Assembly (NCBI RefSeq): GCF_000143415.4
Contig: NW_003314378.1
Span: 457,284 to 475,397 of the forward strand
DNA from: Selaginella moellendorffii
Lineage: Eukaryota > Plantae > Lycopodiophyta
Length of the DNA stretch: 18,114 nucleotides
Direction of reading: 5' to 3'
Shown here: in pieces, positions 1-11,050 of the stretch
Numbering within the stretch: position 1 is the first letter of the stretch
Layout: every line of letters begins with the position of its first letter
Made by a program: the position numbers and the translations under genes
The notes under the pieces: generated by a model
The model's input: the letters and a program-made list of their open reading frames with translations, nothing else
The model's database searches: none
What the model was told of the DNA's origin: nothing

Positions 1-1316
1 GAATACAATGGATTAGCACTTTAAAAACAAAGGCTTCAAATTTTAGGAATTTGGCACAATCCTTGATATGGAATCACTTTTCCTAGAAAACTCACATAGC
101 CTAGTTCTATTTTATCTTTATTAACAAGGTGGTAGATACATTTGCTTAGTATATATTATTCTTTGTTAGTTGGTACAAAAAATTTAAATTTTTAATGGAG
201 ACAATAGAGTTCTAGAATCTCCACACCTTGCAAGTGTTTCATTAGGATTGTGTTCATCCTTATAATTGCAAATGTGGAATTTGTGCCACTACTTTAAGAT
301 TGCACACCTTTGCATTGCTAGTGTATTTTGTAGCCAAAGACTCCCTTTGCTTTGAACTTAATCCTTGTAAATTAATAACTAGTACATCCATATATATATT
401 CTATGGAATTCTCAGCACTAAATTCAAAATAACTAACAGAAGAAGAAACTTTGAAAACCTTAACCATATTGTTGTTCTTGCTTTTATGAGAAATAACTTA
501 GTAGCATATGAAACTTATCAATGGTCTCAAAGGAAAAGGGAAGATTCATATCTTGTGTCATTGTAGCACATATAAAATCTTTATTACATTTGTTGTACAT
601 TTCTATGTTTGTATTACAAAAACCAGTTAAAGGAATATGACAATGTATAACACTTTCTTTAGAGTGCTTTTCATGATGGCCTAATTTGTGGTAAAGAAAT
701 TCTAATCCTTTAGTGATTAGGTAAGGGTAGAACTAGAAGTGAAAACTATAGTAGCCAATCATTGCAACTCATCTAATGTGCTAATGTTTTGCTACTGCAT
801 TAGTTACTTTGATTTGAAGACAAACTTGCATATGAGACAATATTCCCAAAGTTGTGATTTCAAAATAAAATTACATGATTTATAGATTACATTAGGTAAA
901 GTCACTCACCACCTTGCAAGTTTTTCTAAGAAAAACATAAACTATTTCTCTACAATGATTTCACTATACATGATACCTACATTGTTAAGAAAATACATAT
1001 AAATGATAAAGATTTATAAGGTGTAATTTTAAAAAATAAATGAATCAAATACAAATCATAGCTAATACTAATGATATATAGTGATAGGTATGAACTATGG
1101 ATTTTTGTCATTGCAATGGATACTATAAAAATGTAGTAATACTAACGATCTTGTTATTTTTGTATAAGTTGATTAAATTTTTTTTCATCCCAATAGCCTT
1201 AATATTCAAAATTGGATGTTAATCTTGACAGTTGTTTTGCAAAAGCCAGCAGTTTCGAAAGATCTGTCATCCAAGCTACAAGGCTGGACACTCTGGCTCA
1301 AAGATGGAAGGCAAGT

Positions 1317-1423
1317 GCCCGCTTGCAACTACAAGTAGTGTCTATCTAGAGCTGGAGGAGAGCTTGGCAAAGCACTTGGCTAGAGATCTCAGTGAAGAAA
1401 TAGGCATCAACTTTGTGGACAAT
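1317..1423 (+). pseudogene. Unknown gene, copy A, part left of the element 1 insertion
   Basis: Encodes PLATTSSVYLELEESLAKHLARDLSEEIGINFVDN, near-identical to the minus-strand peptide at about 14805-14909. Confidence 0.7.
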
Positions 1424-1656
1424 TGTTATGATCCGGCGCAAAAAGACAAAGATCTAGTTGCCCTAGACTATGCTACGCCACCTCTTGAGGTTCCTCACCA
1501 CCCAACCACCCCCGAGCTACCTCAAAAGCTCCACTGCGCCGCCGCTCCACTGTGAGCCCTAGGGTAGGTTAAGTCCCTTACCCTAACATGCCTTAATATA
1601 CCCTTGAGCCTCCCTTTGACCGACGTTGACCACGTAGTCAAAGCTGGCGCCTAACA
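1424..1656 (-). repeat. 3' LTR of element 1 (233 bp)
   Basis: TG...CA termini; no difference seen from 6181-6413; abuts the PPT. Confidence 0.97.
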
Positions 1657-1657
1657 A

Positions 1658-1669
1658 TTCTTCCCCCCC
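1658..1669 (-). promoter_or_regulatory. Polypurine tract of element 1
   Basis: Minus strand GGGGGGGAAGAA directly before the 3' LTR. Confidence 0.9.
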
Positions 1670-1730
1670 AACAAAGTCCTTGTCCCAAGGACGAGTTGTA
1701 CCGGTGATCACCCTTTCTGGGGAATCCTGC

Positions 1731-4700
1731 TCAAGCTCCTGGTCCAACTTCCACAGCCGTATACATCAAGGAGGCATTGGGCCCGTCACTCCGAGATAGT
1801 ACACCTTTCAACTGGCTGACATAAAATACCGGATGAATTTTCACCCCAGCTGGCAGCCGCACCCGATAAGCCGCTTTACCAATGCGCTCCAGCACTTCAT
1901 ATGGACCAGCATATCGATGGGAGAGTTTATCACTCTTCCCTATCCGTAAAGGCACCAAGGTGTTCCGCCGCTCACTTGACGGAAAGATCACTCGCACGAA
2001 GACGAGATCACCCACCTTATATTCCCGGAATTGGCGATGCTCATTAGCAAACTTCTCCGCTCTATCCTGAGCTGCTTGCAAATTCCGTTTGCATACCACC
2101 AGAATCTCATCAAGTTCTGTGGCCAGATCAGTTGCCTCGGAATCAAGCTTTTCTTGAACGTCCTTACTCAAATGCAATCCCAACTCCACCGCTGTTCGAG
2201 GATGCCTTCCAAACATCGCAAAGTAAGGACTTAGCTTGGTTCCACTGTGTTGGCTATTGTTGTAAGCAAATTGCACCAATGGAAGATATAGATCCCACTG
2301 TCCTTGCCTTTGACCAATGCTACAACGTAGCATATCCTCCACCACCTGATTGACACGCTCGGTTTGCCCATCCGTCTGAGGATGATCTCCACTCGAGAGT
2401 TTCAAAGTCACTTGCATAGCCTTTGCAAAGCTTTTCCAAAATCCACTAGTGAACTTTGAATCTCGATCACTAATGATGTCCTCCGGCAAACCAAAATCAG
2501 GAAAAACCCTCTCCAAGTAAACCGCAGCCAAGTCTGAGGCAGTGACAGTCTTCCGAAGAGCCAACAACCGCACATACTTCGTCAACCGATCCACTATGAC
2601 CCATACTTGCTCCTTTTGCCTCTGTGTTCGTGGCAAACAAGTGATGAAGTCCATAGAGATACTACACCAACGGCTCTGAGGAATAGGTAAAGGTTGCAAA
2701 AGTCCCCCCGGCTTCTCCCGTGGCACCTTAACCCGCTGACAAAGCTCGCATGATTTACAATACTTGAGGATATCAGCCTTCATATTCCTCCAATAAAAGT
2801 TGCGCTTAATCAACTCATACGTCTTCTTCCCCCCAAAATGACCGGCCTCTGGACGATCATGATAGTGGAATAAAACTTGAGTAATTAACGCATCCACCCG
2901 TGGCAAATAGACACGGCCATTGTAGTAGAGAATCCCATCCACCAATGAGAAAGGAGCTTCCATCTGGTCTCGCAAAGAGGCCACCTCAGCATCCTGAGCT
3001 TGAGCATGCTCAACCAACTGCCCAAACTCGCTGACCACCTTACTCAAATGATGACAAAATCGTGTTCGTAACGTCATCACATGACGAACACGAGATAAAG
3101 CATCCGCCACCACATTTGATTTTCCCGGACGATGCTCAATAGGAAACTCCCCAAACTCCATGAGTTTGACCATCCAACGAGCTTGCCTAGTGTTCAACTC
3201 CTTCTGTGTGAAAAGATACACAAGTGGTTTGTGATCTGTCAACACCACGAACACTGCACCATAAAGATAGTGCCGCCACGTCCGCAAAGCATGAACAATA
3301 GAGAGTAACTCTTGCTCATATGTGGAATAGCGTTGCTCCGCGGAATTCAAAGTTCGACTCTCATATGCAATAGGCTGTCCCTCTTGCATGAGAACTCCTC
3401 CCAGTGCATAACCACTCGCATCGCATGTCACCTCGTAAGGTTTCGATGGATCAGCAATGCGAAGCACTGGAGCCTCGATCAACAATCGTTTCAGCGCCAC
3501 AAAACTCTCCTCTTGTGGCGTCTTCCACTCGAATGGCACATTCTTGCGTAACAACCGCGTCAACGGAATAGCCACCTCTGCAAACTTATGCTGGAAACGT
3601 CGGTAGTAACTAGCCATACCAAGAAAACTGCGCAACTCGGCCACTGTAGTCGGTGTAGGCCAGTTTTCCACCACAGCCACCTTCCTTGGATCCGTCTTGA
3701 CACCCTTAGATGTCACAATATGGCCTAGATATTCCACCTCCGACTTTGCAAATTCACATTTGCTCTTCTTCGCATAAAGTTTGCTGTCTCGAAGTAACAA
3801 AAGAACCTTGCGCAAATGCACCCTATGCTCCTCCATATTCTTGCTAAAAACAAGAATATCATCCAAGAAAATCTCCACAAACTCATGAAGATAACGCCCA
3901 AATACCTCCGTCATCAACCGAGTAAATGTGGCCGGTGCATTCGTCAAACCAAACGGCATAACAGTAAACTCGAAATGTCCGAAGCTTGTGTTGAATGCCG
4001 TCTTGGAGATAGATGCATCATCCATTGCAATCTGATGATATCCACTCCTCAGATCAATCTTGGTAAACACTCGTGCTTCACCAAGCTTGTCTAGGATATC
4101 ATCCACACGTGGCATCGGCATCTTGTCCTTCACTGTCTTCTTGTTTAAAGCACGGTAGTCAATACACATCCGCATTGAACCGTCCTTCTTCTTCACAAGC
4201 AAGACCGGAGCACCAAACGGAGACTTACTTGGCTGAATAAATCCAAACTCAAGTAACTCCTTGACTTGTCGTTGAACTTCTTGCTCCTCCGCATAACTTA
4301 ACCGAAATGGACGCCGGTAAATTGGCCGCGTCCCCGGCTCCAATGTAATCCCATGCTCCACACCTCGTAATGGAGGCAATCCATGAGGAAGTTCAGATGG
4401 AAAAACATCAGAAAACTCATCAAGTACATCCCGTACTGCTGCTTCTCCCCCACACGTGCCTTGGTCCCCCAAATCACGAACAAACAGCAAGTAACTTGAA
4501 AGTGCTTTTCCATTACGACAAGCCCGCTTCAAAGATGTAGCAGAGAGCATAACAACTGGTGGTTGAACGCCCTCGCCAAACCACACATCTTTAACGCCAC
4601 CATACTCCAGCGAGATACGCTTAATGCTCCACTTTATCTCTGGATCCACCTTCACCAACCATGGCATCCCAAGAATGAGATCCACACGATGGATATCCGC

Positions 4701-6095
4701 GAGATAAAAAGTCTCCACAAGTGTGGTTTTGCCAACCAACACTTCCAGCCCCTCGACACAAGCATCGAAATGCTGAGCAGAGGTAGCTGCACCTTCCACT
4801 GTGTATGGAAGAACTCCACGTGTGTTCAGGCGATGCTCCGCAACAAACTTTGCCGAAACAAAGTTGTCATCGCTCCCACTATCCAGTAAAATCCGCACTG
4901 GATCGCCACGGAACACGCCCTCCAGCATTAAAGCTGATTCACGCGTATCCTCGAGCTCCATCTTGTTCCACACACAGTTGAGCTGACGAGCAACGATCGA
5001 AAGTCGCTTCCTCCGACCGGAATGGTCGGTCTCCTCCTCCTCACGCTGCAAAGTTTGCAACTTTTTAGTATCGGACTTACCGTGAGAAGAAGATTGGCCA
5101 TTCTTCTTGTCCTGCTGCTTGTTCTTTAACTGCGGACAATCAGCCTTGTAGTGTCCAAGTTCGCCGCAATGATGACAACCCTGTCTATAATTCTTCACAA
5201 AGAACTTCTGCTTCTTGGACCCCTTTGCATCCGAGGTAGTCACCACCGACTTCAACTTGTGATGCTTGTTCCCATCCTTGTGTCCACGGTGATCATCACG
5301 ACGATTCTCGACAGAAGGACTCCGCGAACGCTTGCGAGACTTGTGCTTGTCATTGTCAAGGCGACGAGCCGCATCAAAGAGCTCCTCCAAACTCTTTGTA
5401 GGCTGAGAATGACGCAAGTGTTGCCGCATACTCTCACTATGGAGGCCATCAATGAAGTAGGACTTGTTCTGATCTGGATCCTTCGTTGGAACACGACTAA
5501 TCAAGCGAGTAAGCTTCTCAATATAATCCCCGAGCGTCATTTTCCCTTGCTGGAAATGGCGAAGTTCTGTACGAGCATTCTCCACGTCGTAATGAGGGGC
5601 AAAACGTAAACGGAAAGCAGCCTCAAACTCATCCATGGTAGACACTGGTGGCTTCTTATCCGCAACACGGGACTCCTCAAGCCAATTCCACCATCGAAGA
5701 CCCGCATCACGCAAAACCATCGGAATAGCCACTAAAGCCTCTGCATCTGGAGTTCCTCTAGCAGCCAAGAACTTCTTCACATTGGCTAGCCAAGCGAGAC
5801 ACTCGTCCACACCACCATCACCGGAAAAGGTTGGAATCTTGAGTCGATCTACCAAAGAAGGCTTACTTGGAGCGCTACCCCGTCCAGCCTCGAGTGCCTC
5901 AACACGCCCACGCATGGTATCCATCATGCCATGCATCTCGTCTTGCATCTCTTGCTGATTTTTATTAAGGGCTCGCAGCTCATGAACCACATCTTGAATG
6001 GTCCAAATCTCCGCAGCTTCGTTGACACCATCGTCGGCACCACCGTCGGCACCACCATCGATGATAGGATTCCAGCGTTCAGCTTGGTCGGCCAT
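1731..6095 (-). CDS. Gag-Pol polyprotein, 1454 aa from the first ATG (ORF track starts at TTG 6104)
   Basis: Gag (IPTFSG...LRDAGLRWW...LRHFQQG); zinc knuckle CHHCGELGHYKADC; protease LLDSGS; RT (MCIDYRALN, IDLRSGYHQ, MPFGLTNAP, FLDDIL); RNase H (TCDASG, ADALSR); integrase (H..GHFG..CELC, MDFIT, ISDRD, TERVNQ) and GPY/F motif. Gypsy domain order. Confidence 0.97.
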   Translation of the reverse strand: MADQAERWNPIIDGGADGGADDGVNEAAEIWTIQDVVHELRALNKNQQEMQDEMHGMMDTMRGRVEALEAGRGSAPSKPSLVDRLKIPTFSGDGGVDECLAWLANVKKFLAARGTPDAEALVAIPMVLRDAGLRWWNWLEESRVADKKPPVSTMDEFEAAFRLRFAPHYDVENARTELRHFQQGKMTLGDYIEKLTRLISRVPTKDPDQNKSYFIDGLHSESMRQHLRHSQPTKSLEELFDAARRLDNDKHKSRKRSRSPSVENRRDDHRGHKDGNKHHKLKSVVTTSDAKGSKKQKFFVKNYRQGCHHCGELGHYKADCPQLKNKQQDKKNGQSSSHGKSDTKKLQTLQREEEETDHSGRRKRLSIVARQLNCVWNKMELEDTRESALMLEGVFRGDPVRILLDSGSDDNFVSAKFVAEHRLNTRGVLPYTVEGAATSAQHFDACVEGLEVLVGKTTLVETFYLADIHRVDLILGMPWLVKVDPEIKWSIKRISLEYGGVKDVWFGEGVQPPVVMLSATSLKRACRNGKALSSYLLFVRDLGDQGTCGGEAAVRDVLDEFSDVFPSELPHGLPPLRGVEHGITLEPGTRPIYRRPFRLSYAEEQEVQRQVKELLEFGFIQPSKSPFGAPVLLVKKKDGSMRMCIDYRALNKKTVKDKMPMPRVDDILDKLGEARVFTKIDLRSGYHQIAMDDASISKTAFNTSFGHFEFTVMPFGLTNAPATFTRLMTEVFGRYLHEFVEIFLDDILVFSKNMEEHRVHLRKVLLLLRDSKLYAKKSKCEFAKSEVEYLGHIVTSKGVKTDPRKVAVVENWPTPTTVAELRSFLGMASYYRRFQHKFAEVAIPLTRLLRKNVPFEWKTPQEESFVALKRLLIEAPVLRIADPSKPYEVTCDASGYALGGVLMQEGQPIAYESRTLNSAEQRYSTYEQELLSIVHALRTWRHYLYGAVFVVLTDHKPLVYLFTQKELNTRQARWMVKLMEFGEFPIEHRPGKSNVVADALSRVRHVMTLRTRFCHHLSKVVSEFGQLVEHAQAQDAEVASLRDQMEAPFSLVDGILYYNGRVYLPRVDALITQVLFHYHDRPEAGHFGGKKTYELIKRNFYWRNMKADILKYCKSCELCQRVKVPREKPGGLLQPLPIPQSRWCSISMDFITCLPRTQRQKEQVWVIVDRLTKYVRLLALRKTVTASDLAAVYLERVFPDFGLPEDIISDRDSKFTSGFWKSFAKAMQVTLKLSSGDHPQTDGQTERVNQVVEDMLRCSIGQRQGQWDLYLPLVQFAYNNSQHSGTKLSPYFAMFGRHPRTAVELGLHLSKDVQEKLDSEATDLATELDEILVVCKRNLQAAQDRAEKFANEHRQFREYKVGDLVFVRVIFPSSERRNTLVPLRIGKSDKLSHRYAGPYEVLERIGKAAYRVRLPAGVKIHPVFYVSQLKGVLSRSDGPNASLMYTAVEVGPGA

Positions 6096-6105
6096 CGCAA
6101 CCAAT

Positions 6106-6117
6106 CCTCTGATACCA
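6106..6117 (-). promoter_or_regulatory. Primer-binding site, inner copy (initiator tRNA-Met type)
   Basis: TGGTATCAGAGG on the minus strand, 10 nt upstream of the gag ATG. Confidence 0.9.
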
Positions 6118-6167
6118 ATGTTATGATCCGGCGCAAAAAGACAAAGATCTAGTTGCCCTAGACTATG

Positions 6168-6179
6168 CCTCTGATACCA
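6168..6179 (-). promoter_or_regulatory. Primer-binding site, outer copy next to the full 5' LTR
   Basis: TGGTATCAGAGG, 1 nt from the LTR end. Confidence 0.9.
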
Positions 6180-6180
6180 A

Positions 6181-6413
6181 TGTTATGATCCGGCGCAAAA
6201 AGACAAAGATCTAGTTGCCCTAGACTATGCTACGCCACCTCTTGAGGTTCCTCACCACCCAACCACCCCCGAGCTACCTCAAAAGCTCCACTGCGCCGCC
6301 GCTCCACTGTGAGCCCTAGGGTAGGTTAAGTCCCTTACCCTAACATGCCTTAATATACCCTTGAGCCTCCCTTTGACCGACGTTGACCACGTAGTCAAAG
6401 CTGGCGCCTAACA
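6181..6413 (-). repeat. 5' LTR of element 1 (233 bp)
   Basis: Identical to 1424-1656; followed by TSD ACAAT. Confidence 0.97.
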
Positions 6414-6418
6414 ACAAT

Positions 6419-6847
6419 AGTCAACTCTGCTCCAAGTCAGGTGCTTGCCTCCTCTTCAGGCTCTCTTTTACTTGAGTATGAAGCTGGCATGAACAGCGAG
6501 CTTGATCTTGTAGTCACTTGGAGAGCCCAGGTGGATTGGTCTCGGTTCTACACAAGCCGGTATTTGGCTGGCAGCGGGAATGCAAGGGGATCCATCATCA
6601 TTTCGTTTCGAGAAAACGATGGTTCTTCTTGGAACTGTTACTCTTCAGGTATCGAGGCAGTCGACTACGTTGACATTATGATCCTCCAGATAATACCATG
6701 GTTTGTTCATTTGTATGGCCACACGCTAAAGGCTTTGTTGGATTGCTGAAATGTGGAGTTTTGGTCGTGGTTAGACTGATGAGATTCACACCGGCAGAAG
6801 ATCGCAAAGATCCTGCTGCTGTGGAGATTCCTCTGCAAGTTTCTATT
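6419..6847 (+). pseudogene. Unknown gene, copy A, part right of the element 1 insertion
   Basis: VLASSSGSLLL...YLAGSGNARGSIIISFRENDGS... and, after a frameshift, CSFVWPHAKGFVG...LMRFTPAEDRKDPAAVEI. Aligns with the reverse complement of about 14396-14790. Confidence 0.7.
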
Positions 6848-6978
6848 CATGTTCCATTCATGTAGGGATTTCTTCACATTGATGATCATCCTCCAGATGC
6901 AAACCGTGGATTTGATTTGCCTTCCGCAGTTATCACTTATCATTTATAAACATTTTAACAATAATAAAGTTGCTAAAT

Positions 6979-7154
6979 TGTGAGTGCATGGAATATGGAA
7001 AGAGAATACAGAAAATATGCATATCAATTAACCCAAAATCCCTAACTTACATACAGGAGCGAGTGGTCCGGATTGAAACCAATCTGACGGCTACCAAAAT
7101 CCCACTACGCTAATATTAGTATATGGCCTCATAGCTGTACACTTGGCCCTCACA
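6979..7154 (-). repeat. 3' LTR of element 2 (176 bp)
   Basis: 6-bp terminal inverted repeats TGTGAG/CTCACA; preceded on the minus strand by PPT AAGAGGAGGGGATGA. Confidence 0.92.
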
Positions 7155-7279
7155 TCATCCCCTCCTCTTAGAATAATGGAAGACCATCAGGGTTCTCTTA
7201 TAGACAGGCTAGGATCTAGAGGAACATCAGGAGGAGGCATTGTTAGATCTATAAATGGTATTAACTGCTCCTGATCTCT

Positions 7280-9872
7280 TTGTATAAAGCATTTCAACCG
7301 CTGCACATGTATAATCTCTGGAGGATCAACCTGCTAGACGTCATGCCGAACCTCATAAACTTGTGGTTCAACTTGCCGCAACACCCGATACGGTCCTTTC
7401 CACTGCGCAAGGAGCCCCTTAGATAAACCACGTACCGTAAGATGGGGAAAACAAATTAACACCAAATCATCCACTTTGTACTCCACAAGTGGATGATGAT
7501 GGGAGTTGTAGCGATGTTATTGTCCCACTTATATGCAGCCTAAGTGTTTGGCAAACTCTACTCAGACAAGTGGAAGAATACTTATCAAATACTGATCTCA
7601 CGACCTAGCATTGGTAGCTCGTGGCAATTGCAACAGTAAACCCAGCTCCATTGGTAATATTAGATCATGACCATATAAGAGTTTATATGGTGAAGCACCA
7701 ATAGAACTCTGCACCCTTGTGACATATGTATACCGAAGAGACGGCAAATAACCATCCTAATCCGAATGCTAAAAGTTCATATACTTTGCAATCATCCTTT
7801 TGAATGTCCGAACAAGCCGTTCCTCTAAACTGTCTGATTATGGATGATAAGCACTTGTGAAAGTGTGACATATCCCCAACTGAGACGTCAGAACATGAAA
7901 TGCCTCAGCTATAGATGTGCAACCATTATCCGAAAGAATCTGCTCTAGACAAGAATGCTGGAACACCACTTGATTGAGGAGGAAGTATCCAACAACAGTT
8001 GCAAAGGTGCTAGCAAGAGCACCAACTTCCACCCAACGAGTCGAATAGTCAAAAACAATAATAACATACTCATTGCCAGCAATCGACCGTGGAAAAGGTC
8101 CCATAAGATCAAATTCCACCAACTCAAATGGATGAGAAATTGTAATTGACTCCAACCGTCCTTCCACGACATGAGGGGGAATATTACGAGTTTGGCACCA
8201 AATGCAACTATGCATACCGGATAACATCACGCCGCATCTTCGGCCAATAGAAAACCTGCCCAGCTTCTCAGTTACACGATGATGTCCCATATACCCACCT
8301 AGCAGTACAACTAACGAAGTTCTTCCATTTCACTAATGAAGTGACGGCAGTATGGTCATCTTCAAATAACGTCCGAGAACCATGTAGATATGCCTGAAGT
8401 TTCTCAAAACCCCAGAGTGTTGCTAAACACTCCTTCTCTATCGTGGAGTAGTTCATCTCCGCTGGTTGTAATGTATGGCTTATATACACAATGGGATGGC
8501 ACTGACAAGGCACACTCAAGCTTTCTTGCATCAACACTCCTCCAACACCAATGTCAGAAGCATCCACGCGCAAAATAAAAGGTCGAGTATAGTCAGGATA
8601 TGCCAAAACTGGATGAGTCGTCAATAGCTCTTTGAGATTCATGAATGCCTGCTGACAATCCGGAGACCAGATGAAAGATGATGTTGATGACTCCAGCAAC
8701 ATTTGCAATGGTGCAGTGCGATCAAAAAGATGATCCACAAAGCGACCGAGATACTGCACCTTGCCCAAAAAGCACTACACATCATTTACACACTTCAGAG
8801 TAGGGAACTTTGGAATAGCCACAAGTTTGTCAAGATCAATTTGCAAACCCTCATGAGAAATATAGTACCCAAGATAAATTGTGTCCTTGGAACCAAACAC
8901 GCACTTTGACCACTTCAACTTTAAACCAACGTCCCATAACCAATCCAACACTTTATGAACATCACGAACATGCTCCTCCCATGTCCCCTCCGAGTGGATC
9001 AAGACATCATCAATGAAGTCAGCAGTCACCTCTAGCATATCGCAATGGACCTCGTCCATCATCCGTTGGAAAGTTGTTGGAGCATTGTTCAAACCAAATG
9101 GCATCACCAAGAACTCATACAATCCAAATGGTATACAAAAAGCAGTCTAAGGAATATCTTCTTCGGCCATTGGTACTTGCCAATACCCAAAAGCAAGATC
9201 TAGCTTGGTGAACCAATGACTTCGCCTTAAACAATCCAAGAGATCAGTAGTGTGAAGAAGAAGGTACACATCTGGGATCGTCACTTCGTTTAACGGATGA
9301 TAGTTGATGCATAAACAAATACTCCCATCAGGCTTCGTCACAAGATAAGGTTCACATACCCAAGGACATTGCGACTTCCGAATAACACCCTTCTCTAACA
9401 TTTCTTTAACATTTGCGCATAAAATCTTGATCTCTTTGGGTGACCGACAACGAACAGGAACCTTGATTAAACGAGCATCCCCATTTGGAATCGGATGACG
9501 TGTGGCAATCTTGGCCCCAGACGATATGTCAAAGTCAAAGAGATTAGAATACTCCTTCATAAGCCGGCCAACCTCTACAACACAAAGATTGTTGAAGGGA
9601 CTGGAAAAGGGAAGAGAACAAGACGGAAACATAGGAGGAAATAATGGGGGAACAAAAGTAATGGAAGCAGAAGTAGAAATAGAGGGACGAAGAGGTACAA
9701 AAGTGAGAGGAATGGATGAAACATAATGAAGTATGAAACAAGGGGGAGAAGCCTCAAAGTCACATTTGGCATGATTGCGCTGCAACCAATTCATACCAAG
9801 GATGAGGTCAAAAGCTTGACTCAGCACCACCCGCAAGGATTGCAACTCAAGCTCGAAATCACCCACACACAC
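7280..9872 (-). pseudogene. Decayed pol of element 2 (protease C-half, RT, RNase H, integrase)
   Basis: FDLILGMNWL; LCINYHPLN, LDLAFGYWQ, MPFGLNNAP, FIDDVL; RVDASDIG, EKECLA; FDLMGPFP, ILSDNG, SAYHP; WKGPYRVL...IHVQRLK. Multiple stops and frameshifts. Confidence 0.92.
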
Positions 9873-10084
9873 AACCAGGTCCGCCTCATCCCGTGCACAT
9901 GCATGTGTACGGCCGTTGCCATAAAGAATAAAAACTGGTTATGCTGCACGACGCAAGTGTAAACAGCAACTTTTCGTTTCCCAAATGTATTGCAGTGTCT
10001 AGACCTCCCACTACAACAACACCAACAAGATGTTGTTGATGCCAAGGTCTCCACCCAAGAAATGGAGGTTGCCAATCCGAAAAA

Positions 10085-10588
10085 TGCCAACAATGCCAAT
10101 AGGTATGCTCAACTTCATCACATGCCCAACAGCAAATGTCATGGCCACGACCATGTCCTTGCCCTTGTCCTTAGACTCAAGCAGTAGCAGCACCAACCTC
10201 CATTGGAACAGAACCATCACCTACAGGAAGAGGAGCAGAAGGATGGGCAGCGAGAAGTGGACGAGACGACGTCTCATAATGTTGTGCCAAGCGAAAAACA
10301 TCGTCAAGAGTTGCTGGAGCAAGTGCATGCATAAGTCTGACAAGATCTTGATGAAGTGCTGGCCACAACATTCCTAGCTTAATCCGCTCTAACATATTTG
10401 GCTTCGCACAAAGCAAAAGACTTCGGAAACGAAAGCCAAATTGCATCACCGACTCAGATGGCCCTTGGTGAAGATGATATAATTGTTGGAAGGCCTCATC
10501 ACAATCGTCGGCATGTCCAAATGCGTGTTTGAAGACGTCCGGGAGAACACTCCAATCCCCACAAGTGGCTGCACTCAAACCATTGTAC
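10085..10588 (-). pseudogene. gag of element 2, 3' part
   Basis: NGLSAATCGDWSVL...LHQGPSESVMQF; zinc knuckle CWACDEVEHTYWHC lies in frame after two premature stops. Confidence 0.85.
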
Positions 10589-10605
10589 TGTAAGCTCTTG
10601 AGTTT

Positions 10606-10661
10606 GGACTTCCTGGGAGGTCACCCAGCCTAGTACTATTCAAACCTAAGGACGCTTAACT
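10606..10661 (-). promoter_or_regulatory. 5S rRNA-derived Pol III internal promoter (A-box to C-box), TRIM LTR1
   Basis: AGTTAAGCGT...TAGTACTAGGCTGGGTGACCTCCCAGGAAGTCC. Confidence 0.9.
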
Positions 10662-10994
10662 CCAACTATCCCAAAACCCTTGACCGATTGGAAAAGGGGG
10701 TGCATGGGCCCTTTCCCTCTATATTTGAACCCCATGGATCGTTTCTCGAGTCGTTCCCTTTGATTGCTTACAATCCACCATGCTTCCCTGCAAGTTCACA
10801 CCCTCGTGAACGGAAGCTGAGAGCCGCAGCTCTCCCGAGAGCCCCGCTCTCTTGACACCCTACCCCTCAGGTCGAGCCCAACAGGAGCAAACTGGACCAG
10901 CCAGATGTCAATCAACATGTGGTGTGATTCCTCTACCTAACCAACAAAGTCGGACCTGAGACCCCTCTGATACCAAATGTAAACTCCTGAGTTT

Positions 10995-11050
10995 GGACTT
11001 CCCGGGAGGTCACCCAGCCTAGTACTATTCAAACCTAAGGACGCTTAACT
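10995..11050 (-). promoter_or_regulatory. 5S rRNA-derived Pol III internal promoter, TRIM LTR2
   Basis: AGTTAAGCGTCCTTAGGTTTGAATAGTACTAGGCTGGGTGACCTCCCGGGAAGTCC; about 49/56 ungapped matches to plant 5S rRNA as recalled from memory. Confidence 0.9.

Larger units (their letters stand above)
6106..6229. repeat. Perfect 62-bp tandem duplication of PBS plus LTR end
   Basis: 6106-6167 equals 6168-6229 (CCTCTGATACCAATGTTATGATCC...GACTATG). Confidence 0.95.
1424..6413 (-). mobile_element. Full-length, very recent Ty3/gypsy LTR retrotransposon (chromovirus-like pol, iMet-type PBS)
   Basis: Two identical 233-bp LTRs (TGTTA...TAACA). TSD ACAAT at 1419-1423 and 6414-6418. PBS beside the right LTR, PPT beside the left LTR, uninterrupted gag-PR-RT-RH-IN ORF. 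Confidence 0.97.

Noticed and set aside
1-1230. AT-rich left flank and ORF 300-566
   Set aside because: No recognisable motif; likely very old decayed repeat DNA.
1232-1555. 107-aa ORF as a gene
   Set aside because: Chimera of pseudogene copy A reading into the antisense LTR; non-ATG start.
1882-6152. Many short plus-strand and alternative-frame ORFs
   Set aside because: Shadow ORFs of the gag-pol frame; no motifs.
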